Shown one piece after another: positions 26,013 to 38,200 of a DNA stretch of 64,000 bases (within the stretch, counting starts at the first letter, position 1; every line of letters begins with the position of its first letter). This stretch comes from Ancylonema sp. Its lineage: Eukaryota. The stretch spans positions 1 through 64,000 of the forward strand of contig JBFLGF010000089.1 in the NCBI GenBank assembly GCA_050230475.1. Reading direction: 5' to 3'. Below the pieces are notes generated by a model. That model was not told the DNA's origin, searched no databases, and saw only the letters and a list, made by a program, of their open reading frames with translations. Position numbers and translations under genes: made by a program.

Positions 26013-29000
26013 CTAGGAGGCTAAGGAGGTTAAGGAGGCTTCTCGCTCCTTGACCTTGCCTTTTTTAATTGAAGCCAACACTGTATCCCCCACCCACGCA
26101 AAACTCAACATAACAGGCCGCCTAGCCTTCGACTCCGCCTCCTCCCCCCCTTCCAGATCTAATGGCCTCTTTGCCAACCAAAAGGGATGGTACGTCACGT
26201 AATACCACGCACTCGCACGTTCACTCACCTCCTGCGGGAAAGCCTCCCCCCCACCCCGACTCCGTCTCCCTCGGATCACCACCACCTCATCCCCTTCCCC
26301 TCCCTCCATCTCTTCCCCCTCCCCCACACTGTCTCCCGCATCCGCCTGAGCGTTCCCTTCCCCTCCACGCACAACATCCTCATTCTCATCATTACTTTGT
26401 CCACCCCCCCCAATATCCCCACCTCCTTCAACCCTATGGGACCCTGGGGAGACATCCTGCTGGACAACCTCCTCACTCGGTTCATATGCTTCTCCGTTAC
26501 CCGATTCAGGGCCCACCCCCCCCTCCCCAACCACATCCACTCCTTCTCCTCCGCCATCGATATCACTTTCTGCCACAGCCTGCGATCCTCCTGACTCTCC
26601 TTCGCTCTTCTTGGGTGGTATTGTGTCATCCTCCACCCCCACCACCTCGTGCTCACTCTCCACTACAAGACTATGCCCCTCCTTCCCTTCCCCAACCGCC
26701 TCTGACCCCTCTGATCCCATGCCCTCCGTCCCCCCTCCTCCACCTCCCACCTCGCCCCCATCTCTCAATACTGGAGTGGATTCCCCCTCACCACCCACCT
26801 TGCTATCCCTACTGTCTCCCACCCCATCCCCACCCTTCTCCCCAGCCCGACCTCCCCCCCCGTCGCCAGATGGGAGGTCCTCCCCTGGGTGCACCTGAAC
26901 CCCATCCTCACTCGACTCCGTGCACCCAACCTTGCTGCCAAAAGAATAGCCCTCCCCCATCCCCTCACTCTCTGACAGAAAGTCCGTACTCTCAGAAACT
27001 ACACCCTCAAAATCTCCCTCTCCCTCCCCCTCACCCCCCCCCATGTTCTCCGCGTCAACGACTTTAGGCTCCCTGTCTCCATCTCCCGAACCTGACCCCC
27101 CAACCGCCCCCCCTCCGGCAGGCCCAGCCGCGGGTGGGACAGCACCCTCTTCAGCCGGCTGCACTGCAGGAGCGTCTGTCTCTGGAGGGGGCTCCTCTCT
27201 CTTCTCTTGTTTGAAGAGCATTTCTTTGAACTCGGCCCGTTTCCTGTTGAATGCGAGTCGCACCCGCTCCACCACCGTCCCCTGCTTATTGCGGAAGTGG
27301 CGCGATAGATGCACGATGAAGCCGGTCACCAGCTCAGCCTCGGTGGGGATGCCAAACTGGGGGGGGGGGGGGGGGAGGGGGAATCAGACATGGAGTTCAG
27401 GCAAGTTTTTTTTTTTCTTTCTTCTTCGTTTTCATGACTTTACACAAATGGCACTCTGTTTCCTTTCAATTGTGTACTGCATGACGGCCGGCGAGGGCCA
27501 AAGAAGAGCACTTCATGTGACCTCCGTACAAGCACACGTCCTTCTCTGGGTTGAGTCACTTTCTCAGGCGTAACCCCCATGTGCAACGCGCACTGTTCTT
27601 CAAGTCCGCAACAGATGCCACAGAATGCCGTTTTTGTTCATGATTCCTCCCGAGTGGAACTGAAGCAGTCACTATAAGAGGCCTAAAAATATATACACTC
27701 CAGTCCCGGATCCCCCAGTTTCACATACGTCCCCCCCCCTTCCCCCTCACATGATGCATGATGTTAAGGTTCTCCAGGTCCCATTTCTTCTTCAGCTCCC
27801 ACGCCTCGCCCACATACTTCTCATACCCCCCCACCACCAGGTCCGAATCAAACGCATCTCTCGCCTGCTGCTCCGAGGGCCACCAGAACCGACACGTGTC
27901 CGAATCCTGAGGGGCCTCTACCAGCGGCCCCTCGCTCTCCACCTTCTCGCTCACCTTCCTCTTCACGACGCGGTACAGAGTGCCAAGGATCCCGCTGGAT
28001 CTGTACGTCTCCTTACCCTCCTCCTTTTCCATGAAGTCAGGGTACTTTGTGACCCGCAGGTCGGGGGGCATCCTCCCTGCGATGCCCGTTTTGGGGAAGT
28101 CGAAGGAAATGGCCGCCTGCTTGGCGAGCTCCTTGCATTTCTCGTCCAGGGCCCCCAGGGGACTCAGGTCTGCGTGCACTAAGTGCGCGTTGCAGATGAT
28201 GCCCACCATGTCGTTCGTCATGTTCTTCACGAAGTGGTAACGGATGTCCTGACACACCGAATCGCACGAATCATAGGAGGATCAACATTTGGGATTCCAT
28301 ATCCGAGATCCAAGACTCGAGATCCGAGGTTTGAGATTCAAGATTTCAAGATCCAAGATTCAAGATGTCAAGAAACAAGATTAAAGATGAAAGATCCAAG
28401 AGGCACTTCTCTGCATCCCTCTTTTCTGAATGAAACTACACTGCCACCCTACATCCTCGGTATTCCACAAACCATCCTCCAAAACAATTCTGCAGAACCC
28501 CCAACTTCGCCCCCACTACCCCCCCCCCCCCAACCTTCGTCTCCACGCTCTTCTCCTCCCCCTGCACCGGAGCAGGCGCCGCATACACCATGGGCTCCGC
28601 GTTCACAGCATTCTCTGGCATCAGACGCTCGTCCCACGACACAACATACACGTCGCCGTCGAAATCCGATCCCGATGCCTCGTTGGCGTGCGACCTGAGG
28701 CCGGTGGCGGGCAGGATGAGCTCATCCACTTTGAAGTGCAGCCCAGGCACGTCCACGGCCTCCAGGAACCGGAGGTCGCCTGGGTGGAGGCACGGGTTTT
28801 TGCCGAAGACTATTTTCCCCGTGATCACCCTGGGGGGGGTGGTGAGGAGGTTGGGCGTCCCGGGCTTGGCGTCGTCTGGAGGGCCGGAAACACGGAGGAA
28901 GCATTGCCCGGGCTGCACACCCACCCCCCCCACCCCCCTTAACTGCCTTGAGCACTTTCGACTTTTGTCTGTATCAATATTATTGTGTGTGGGGGGGGGG

Positions 29001-29178
29001 TGGTGTATGGGGTATCCCTGTACCTGGAGACTCTTTGTTTCGTCCACTGTGCCTAGCAGCCACCGCCCCTTGGGCACAAAGATCTTGGCCTTGCTTTTCA
29101 GACTCTGCAGCTGGAGCGCCCTGTGGAGAGAGGGGGCAGGACACAAAACATCAGGCCTTGCTTGGAACTCAGCACCCA

Positions 29179-29209
<31 letters not shown>

Positions 29210-32200
29210 TCATCCTCCCGTCCACCGATGCACCGACACCTTATCATCCACAGGCAATGACCGAGAAGGAACATTTGATCTCTACTTATGCATGCCGTCA
29301 TACAGCACCACCCCTTGCGTTCGCCCCCCCCCCCCTCTCCCTCCCCCCCACCTCATTGCCAGCAGCATGCCTCTCAGGTGTGGCTCCTTCTTCGGCTCCC
29401 ACCCCGCCTTCAGCATCGTAGTGGCAGTGTGGTGCTCGTCCGCCAAGCAACTACTCTCCAGGAGCCACAGGGCGTGGACACCATCCTCCAACGCACGATC
29501 CAGACTCTCGATCATACTCTTCTGTGAAATACAGGGGGGGGGGACAGGAGCGAAGGATGAATGGCCTCCGATCATGCAGTCCACAAGATACAAAGAGGGT
29601 ATACTGATTTTCATGAGACAGTGTTGAGAAGTAGTACCAAAGTAGGGTCCCATTTCGGGACCTGGACACTTGGTCAGGTGCCATTTTGAAAAGGTATTCA
29701 AGCCAAGGGGAAGGAGGGAAGTATCGTGCTGTTTTTTCAGCTCTCTTCCTACAAACCTGGGTTTCGCCTCTCTATTTACCTGTCCACACATCCCTACCTA
29801 CATACGAACGTGTCCACAAAACTTGACAAACCTGACACAACACCAAAGATGTCAACCAACCATCACCCCCCAAAAAGTATAAATTCATCCCTCCCCAGTG
29901 CCCCACCTGCAGCGTATAGAATATGGGGCTGCCCACCCCCAGCGCCGTGAGCAGTATGATGATCTGTCGGTTGAGGTGCGCCGGCATGAATCTCGCCCAG
30001 TTCACCACCTCCAGGTCACAGTGGGCACTGCAGAACTTGTTCTGGCTGGGGCGGAAGGACAGCTGGGCTCCGCTACTGGGGTCTAGGGAGGCAGGCCACA
30101 CGCCCAGCACTCCCTTGTAGCCGGCATACCTACAGGAACACAGGCACAGGCACAGACACAGACACGGACACGGATAAAGGAGGAGGAAAGCAAGGGGTGA
30201 GGGGCGTAGAGGACGAGGAGCGGGGTTTTGGGGGCAATACGATGGAGGAGTCTTCCTGTTGTCTAGATAGACAGGCAAAGGGGTGTACCTTACCTCACAG
30301 GCAGGTAGGTACACCTGATCTCATAGGCAGGTAGGTATACCTGATCGATAGGCAGGATACTATACCTGATTTGCTAGGCAGGTAGGCCTATATACCTGAT
30401 TTGATAGGTATATATTTTTCTGAAACCTGATCTGATAGACATTTAATTTCTACCTGATTCGGTAGGCAGGACACCATACCTGATTTGGTATGCTGTGGGC
30501 ATGAGGCACGCCCCCGCCTTCCCCTGGAAAAACTCGCTCATCTCCCCCGCAAGCTGCAGGGCAAACTCGGGCCTCATCCTCCCCACGCCGTCCGTCAGCA
30601 CCTGCCTCCCGAACGCCTCCGACTCCACCTCCACGTCCGGGATCTCCTCGATGTCGGCGCGCGCCACGTGTTTGCGGTGGAAGGAGGAGGAGAAGCACTG
30701 CCCCATGCGCGACAGACACTTGGCCACGTTGCGGATTTGGGAGAAGTCCCCCATCCACCCCTGGACGAACTCGAGGGTGGGACCCCCCCGGGGCTCCGCG
30801 TAGAACCAAGCAGAGTTGAGGCGGAATTGGCTGTTGGAGGAGGCAAGGAATTGGAAGTGGAGGCCGCAGAGGACGAAGCCCTGGGGAGGAAGGGGGGGGG
30901 GGGGGGGGCGGTTGGGTGCGGGTTCGATTGGGTGGTTGGTGTTTCATCACGGTTTTTTTGAGAGAGATGAAACGATGAATGGTGAGTTTTCGCAGCTCAC
31001 AGTATTCGGGGGGAGAGTGGGGGAAGAGGGATAAGGGTGGGGGGGGGGGGACAAAAAAAAAAAACAAACAAACAAAAACAAACAAACAAAAGAAAGACGT
31101 GTAGTGTCTCCAAGACACAAAATCCATACCGTGGTTGTTTTTCCTCTTATGATCAATATTTACAACGCCTTTTTATTTGTTTTTTTTTTTCGCGGTTCCA
31201 CATGGTATGCCCTGCTGCCCTTTCCTGCCCAGTGAAGATGCACAACTTTATGGATGGCTGCAGTTGGGGAGACGCGAGTGCGAACCTCCGTAACAATTCT
31301 CAGAATGCGGTCGTAAATCTCCGTCTTCTTGTCCATCCTACCCACATCGCGACGCCCCGCCCTGAAGGGGTGGTTCAAAGCAAACGAATTGATCTTCCAC
31401 TGCAGCTCGTCCGTGAAGGTGACCCGGATGAAGTAGTCACTGAACTCGCGGAAGTGGCGGACGACGCGATTGGACAGCTCCATCTCCTCTGGGTAGCCTG
31501 AAGGGAGAGGGGGGGGGGCGTACGGAGGCGACACTATTGGTAGGTAATAGGTGTGGTGGTTTGGAAATTGTTTCCGCTTAAAATCGCACATTACGATCAT
31601 CGTCATAATTACCATATTTTTTTTTTTTTTTTTAATTTTTTTTTTTTGGCTTTTTTATCGTTCCTTTTTGCCAGCACCGCTCTCTTTCTTGTTAATTTAG
31701 AAGTCTTGGTTAGCAAACGAATATTTGAATCGTGACACATCACCTCTCTTCTTAAATGGGGAAAAAAAAGTAAAAAAAAGAAAAAGTGGGTGTCATAAAG
31801 AGGCCCCTCTCACCATACGCAGTGGTTGGCGTGATAATGACTCGTCTCACCATCGCATGGCTCACGGCGCTCGATCCCCCCACAGACGCAATACGTTTTG
31901 CACGACCCAACTCCATGTTGAACCTCTTTGCGGGATTGGTGCACATCTTGAAGTATCGAAGCATGCGTCGGAGCGCGGCCTCTGCTAGCGCCACGTCATG
32001 ATTCTGCACCAAGGCGTCGAAAGTCTTCGTGTGGGGATAAGCGATGACCCCCTTGAGCACCAGACTCGTGATGAGGAAGTTGAGGGCCAGAGGGAGGTCG
32101 CGCTGAGACTCGTAGGAGAAGAAGGGGAAGGGGACCCGAAAGTCGATCATCTTCTTCGTGTTCCAATGCAAGAAGTGGTCGTTGATGCGAAGCACGTCTA

Positions 32201-32990
32201 TCCACCGATACTTTTTGAAAACCGCTTGGCACAAATCGCCCAACTCTTTCTGCCACCGATAAGGGAACGTGACCAAAAACACGCGACACAACCCCAAACT
32301 CCCCCTCGTGAAATCTACCGTCCTCGCCCACGGATCCTCGTCGTCAGCCACCCACATGTCCTTTTGGAAACTGCTCTCCCAAATGTGGTCCTCCCCAGAC
32401 CGGGCGTAAATGTGCGGAGGAGCTGTGGTCTCCAGAAGCAGCCCCACCCCCTTCCCAACCTCCAACGGACCTCCAACCGCTTTGATGTTGCGGAAGAGCC
32501 ACTCTAGCTTGTACTTCGGCATCTGGGGTCCCTCGTTATGTTGTCTTGGTTCCATCACGAGCATGGCCATCTTCTTCGTGTCTAGGTTCACCTCCATTTG
32601 CACGGTGGGGAGATTGAATGTGACGTGGAAGTCTCCCTGTCTCTCCACGGCCATGGTGCCGATGTCTAGCGTGCCATCCTTCAACACGGTCGGAGATTTT
32701 CCCTTGGGTTGGCAGAACTCGGCGTCCACTTTTGCCCCCCACGGCTTCCATTGCCCGCTTTCTGCTTGCTCAAGGACGAAACGCGCACTCTCTTCAGTGG
32801 CCAAGTGGACGTATGCGTACCCGGAGTGCTTCCAGGTTTTCTTGCCCTTAAGCAAAACGGTGGAGCCTTTGATTTTGCTGCGCAGGACCTCCACGTGTAA
32901 CTCCTTTTTCAATAGCTTGTGGAGGCGGTCCACATTCTCGTTCGGTGGGAGGTTACTTATGCACAACTGACAAGAAGGCTCCTCACTCAT
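26013..32990 (-). CDS. RDR6: RDR6-like RNA-dependent RNA polymerase, proximal copy (RDR-B), apparently intact, 9 coding exons
   Basis: N-terminal RRM-like region (LCISNLP...GYAYVHLATEESA), YKLEWLFRNI, DDEDPWARTVDFT, VRRVIITPT, ELSNRVVRHF, RMGQCFSS, AYQIRYAGYKGV, KNPCLHPGD, ANEASGSDFDGD (DFDGD at 28652-28666), ASAWYYVTYHPFW and VMLSFAWV. EASGSD, TYHPxW and VMLSFAW are RDR6-type. No lesions seen. Confidence 0.92.
28303..28400. repeat. Degenerate 7-bp tandem repeat (TCCAAGA/TTCAAGA) in an RDR-B intron
   Basis: Visible 7-bp periodicity. Confidence 0.6.
30288..30485. repeat. Degenerate ~25-bp minisatellite (ACCTGAT..TAGGCAGGTAGGTAT) in an RDR-B intron
   Basis: About 6-7 copies of an ACCTGAT...TAGGCAGG unit next to the exon donor. 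Confidence 0.7.
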
Positions 32991-35271
32991 TGCCTACAAG
33001 AAAGAAGAAGGCGGGGATGTACTTGATGATACTCAAAAGCAAAGAGGTGGGGGTCGTGTGTTGAGATTGTTAAACTCTATGCATACAAGTATCTATGTTT
33101 TTATGTGCGTATGTATTTATGTGTCCAAGTAATATGTTTTTAGATGTGGTTATGTAAATATGTACTCACATATCCATTTACATGTGCATATATGGATTTA
33201 AGCAACTACTCGCGCGTGGGTTTCCATACGTTTGTTTGTCCGTGAACACTAAAGTGAACATGAATGTGTGTGTATATACATGCACAAAGTCAATGATCGT
33301 ACACACACACACACACATGCCTTCACCTACAGATACATAAATACAAGCATTTTTTTATTTAAATATATAGAGGAATGTAAGCGCACATATGAATAGAAGT
33401 ACAAGCAAATGAAATATGCATATGATGAGAAAAAAAATTAGAGGTGTACATGGATGGGCGAAGGGAACAAATATTTATACATAGTATGTGTAAGAAGGAG
33501 TAGGTTCGAGTAATTCAGAGTATTCGAGTATGTACATGCCGTTGTACACACATCACGTACCTAAGGTCACACATACATACATCTATAGATACAAGCATGT
33601 AAATATAAATACAGACATGACACGTGAAGAGGCGTACAAAAACAGCAGTCTAAATTGATAATGTCACGACCGGGGATGGGGGGGGGGGAAACAAATAAGC
33701 ACGCCAGATTTTGGGTGGAAAGCCGACATCTGGCGGATGATTTTCTACCTGATTAGACGAGTTATTCATTTCCACGGTATTAATTTAGACAAGTTTCAAT
33801 GTACATACAAGAGTGACACTACTGCAACGCATACATGGATGCATACAATTGCATGTGCGGACATAAGTACGCACAAACATACATACATGTGTATGTCGGC
33901 ATATGTATGCATACACGTTTGCATACATACATGAAGTGCATAGATACATACGTCCATACATATATACATACATACGTACATATACATACATGCAGACATT
34001 CATCATACAAGAATTCGGTTTGATTGAAGAATGTTACAGTTGTTATTGAAGAATGTCTTCGTCAAAGGCTTTGTTCAGTCTTCCATCCTCGCAATTCTGG
34101 TCATCCCGTTTCAGATGGAGTTGCATACGAGCCGTTCATGCGGCACAAAAGAATGAAAGTTAGAGCACATATTCTGGAAGCACTAGTGATTCGAAGACGG
34201 CATGTATTTCGGTAAGGACTCAGCACTCGCCATAATCACTCATGTTACTTCAGCTTGATGCCACAAGGTGTGTGTGAATAAATTTAGTACCCTCTGCCTC
34301 CAACTCCACATTTTAAGGTCGATCGGTTGGTATATGAGAGCAAGAAACATAAATCCAGTAAAAGAAAAAATCAGAAGGTTCAGGAAAAGTCCATTGCATT
34401 TCGTATGTTTCTCCATCATATTACCAGATGCAGGTGTCGACGTGGATACATGATCTCCCGAATCAGAATGTAAATTAGTCAGAGTTGCCTTTGCTGAGAA
34501 GAGAGTAGCACCCAATGTCTTAAACGTTCACAACAATAAAAGAATCGTCCTGCTACCTGTCAGGCATGTAAGGGTTCCAGCATTTCTTCATTCAGGACGT
34601 GATTTAGGACGTACAATATTTTCAGGACGTGAACAGTAAAAAGTAAAGCAGCAGAAGCGTACCTCGATATAGAATCTGGTCAAGAATCGTTCGATGTCGC
34701 GACTTCGCCCCTCAGAAAGTCCTTCGCCCACTCGAATTGACAAGAACTGGTTACTCTCCTGATGCTCAAACGGGGCGGCCGTCCGTTGGTCCAGACAACC
34801 ACTTCGAGATAACGAGCAAATGAGTTCACGCGACCTTCTTGAAGTCAGACTGTGGCGCATTTGGCGACGGAGACCATTCATGTGGTCGTCAGTCGTGACC
34901 CTCACGCTTGCATCTGAAATTCTGTAGAAGGAAACCGGTATTTTGACGTGGGAATGTTGCAGACGGAAAATAATGCAGCCGGATCAATCAAAATTGCATA
35001 CTCGAATTCGGTACCTATCAGTACCTTTCTGTGAGTTTTGAACGCTTGTAGAAACAATCGACAGTACTGCCTCTAGACTGCGTGCCAGACTTAGGACATC
35101 AAATATCGCGTGTAGAGTTGGCGGGTACAAGACGCGAACGGGATTCTGGACCACTCCTCCCGAGGGCATGTCTGGAGATCACGTCAAGCTCCTCCAGAGA
35201 GATATTTTTTGTTAGATCACGAAGGGTTATTGGAAAGTCTCAGGTTTCCTCTTGAATTGGCAAGTGGATAC
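32991..35271. promoter_or_regulatory. Divergent intergenic region between RDR-B and SGS3 (putative bidirectional promoter plus 5'UTR introns)
   Basis: Start codons at 32990 (-) and 35272 (+) face away from each other. A splice acceptor CTTGTAG lies just upstream of the RDR-B ATG and TTTTTTTGTTAG lies at 35216 before SGS3. AC/ACAT-rich simple repeats occupy ~33.3 and 33.8-34.0 kb. Confidence 0.55.
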
Positions 35272-38200
35272 ATGTATAACCAAAGAGGTCGAGGTAGAGG
35301 AAATAGTAATGGAGGTGGATATGGGAGAGGTGGGGGTGGAAAAGGCCGAGGCAAACCGAGGAATCAAAAGCCTCTGAACTTTGATTCGCCAGAAGGCGAT
35401 ACTGTCTATGACAGACCAGTCGTAGGAGATGCACCGCAGGAGGTAGGAGATGGGTGGGGGACGAAGCTTGGGTCTGCGGTCCCACTCAAACCAAAAAATA
35501 AGGCCTGGGCTAGCGTGGCGTCGGAAACGAGCGAGGCAGAGTCTATGTACGGTAGGGACTGGATAGCACGAGAGGACTTGAACAGACATACTGTAGAGGT
35601 GGTCAAGCCTCCATCCGTACCCGGCCCTTCTCTGCGCGTCGACAAAGGAGGAATCGGGCCAGATTTCACGAATAATTTGCCAGACCATTTTCCGGGACTG
35701 CCTGCCAGCAGGACCTCCCGAGCGGATAGCAATGCAGGCCCGATTGAACCTTGCCCTGAAGTCGGTGAGACATGCTAACACACAGAAAACAAAATACAGC
35801 TATGAAGAAGACATGCACACTTGTATCAAAGCCCTTCTGACCCGGATATGAAGCAAGACAGAATGTGGACAGAGCAATCACTGGTTCGTATTTCACTTGC
35901 TATTAGTGCAGCAGACAAAGATACTGTACCTGTTGCTGTACCGGGTCTTCGTTTGTCACAAGCTCTGGCGTTTTACGGAAGCATGTCAGGCATTTGTATG
36001 ACCAGCGATGGTGATGATCAGCTCCACGTTACTCGGCCGCGTTTGAGCGGATCGATTTTGGCCACATCACAGAAGTACTCCTTGTAGGGCGCTCTGACTG
36101 TCTCAACTACACCCCAAAGTGTGTGAAGTACGTGTCTTCACATGTACCCGACGCCAACAGTCTCACCACACACCCTCACAAACAACAGAGGTAACCACAC
36201 GCGTTTCCATCCCGTTCGCCTCTCTCACAGTTCCTCCTCTCCTCCCTCCCTTCCTCCTCTTCTGCAGCCACCAACGGGACCCCCCCCCCATCAGGACCTC
36301 CTTCCACACCTCCCTCCGAGCCCATCCCCCCCCAACCATGGCCCCCCGTCTCCTCCACCAGGTCTGCTGCAACAGACCCGAAAGGCAAGCGGCCAGCATC
36401 CGTCCAATCGGAATCCGACCGCTACTCAGTCGGCAACAGCTCCACCACATCCGTGGGAACCTACATCCCTCAGTTTGGCGCTAAAGAAACAGCTCAGGGG
36501 GAGTGCTCCAAGGGATGCGAACGCGACCAGAGCGAATCCGAGGAGATCAGTTCCGTGACCGACTCGGAGTACCCGACCCTGAGACCTCCCGGCCAATGGA
36601 CGCCGCGTCAGAATAAACGCCACGGGAATTGGCTGCAAGACGTGGATCCCCACCGACCCCCACCCTCTGTGGATTCTCTCTCCCTGGCGGGCGACAGCAC
36701 AGACCAAGGCTATGCTCCCTCGGACGCAGCTGCGCTGGCGGCAAGGATGGAGCAGGGAAGCGATTCTGGAGGCTCTGAAATCGACTGGGAGGATGACGAG
36801 AGCGAGCCCGAGGAGGACAGCGATGAGGACGCCATTCCGAACAACGTACTGGGGAAGAGCCTCGTGTACAAACACAGCAAGGTGTTTCTGGCTGCAAGGC
36901 ATTAGGATGTATTAGCATCAAAGGTCGAGGCCGGTTTCTCCTGATTAATATGGTGGACATCATCAGCTAAATGGTTGCTGCTTTGATTTTGATGCCTTAT
37001 TATCCGGATCAAAGAATGGGTCTCATTATTAACATTTTCATCTTGTATGTGATCATTTTAACCTGATTTTTTTTACTTTTTTTAATAAGAGTTTATCGTC
37101 AGAATCAAAACACATTTCCTATAACCTGGAAGAGCGAGGTTGACCAATCATCTTCCGTTTCATCAACATGACAGGAGGTCATGCAATTCCTAAACGACAT
37201 CACCACCGAGCAGCCCGCTGCCCTCGTCAGCGCCACTCAGGAGTGGAAATGCAAGGTATGCGCAGGGGGCCCCGGGTCCGGAGACTGGTACCCCGGGCTA
37301 CAGAGCCTCGTGTTGCATTCGAGGACGATCCAGACCCGCAAACCGACGGCCCACCGCGAATTCCTGAAGGAGCTGAAGAGGCGTCTGGAGGAGAGGGACG
37401 TTTTCATCGCCAACCTCACCACCCCCAAGCTCACGGGGCTGTGGAGCGCGCCTGTGGATAGCAGAGTGGATGATTTCGAGGAGAGCGTGATGTGGCCGCC
37501 CATCATTATGGTGGTCAACACGCGGTTCGCCAAGGAGAATGATATGGTGGGGCCCAAAACGGAAACGAGGTTTGCCTGCTGTGGAATGCAAAGTTTTTTT
37601 TTTCCCAGAATGTAGAGTTGTGGTTTGTTGTTGTTGCTTTCTGGAACCCATGCGACAGATATGATGTCTTCTGTGCACCGCCCTGTATGTCTCCGAAGGT
37701 GTGCTGGATGTCGTACTAAGCAAATAGTGTGTGGTTTGGTCTGTCAGTGGGTGGGCATGACGCGGACCGAGCTCGAGATGCAGTTCCCTTCCTACAAGAC
37801 CATACTCAAGGGAGAACATGCCTACGGGCCAGAGGTGAGATGGAACGCAGTTGTCAGCACTTGTTGTTGTTGTTGTTCCTTCTACATTCCCCCCCCCCCC
37901 CACGTTTTACTTTGAGTTGTACACTGTTTGGCAGTATCTGTTCGGTAGCTCCGTTTGGGGTGAAGTGTTGTGCCGTCACAGAAATGCACGTTTTGTTCCT
38001 CATGTCACGGGCTAGAGGCCCACGCCCACAGGCACCTACAAAGATGGTTCCGAACGGTTCGGAAACGCATGACAATGCCCACGCACACGGGCCATGCATG
38101 GGTCATGGGTCATGGGTCGTGGGTCGTGGGTTCCTACCCTTGAACACCCACTTTTTGTAGCACTGGTATCGGTATTCAGAATCCACTCTCCCGCGTCTGT

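Noticed and set aside
14389..32990. RDR genes as endogenous viral RdRPs or RDR-gamma members
   Set aside because: They have spliceosomal introns, the cellular DxDGD-type motif and RDR6-like flanking motifs; DFDGD alone does not make them gamma.
33737..34023. ORFs rich in M/C/V/Y or H/T/Y
   Set aside because: Translations of degenerate ACAT/ATGT simple repeats.
34588..34905. Minus-strand 105-aa ORF as a separate gene or an extra RDR-B coding exon
   Set aside because: No recognisable motif, and joining it to the next candidate exon reaches a stop; more likely 5'UTR or a uORF.
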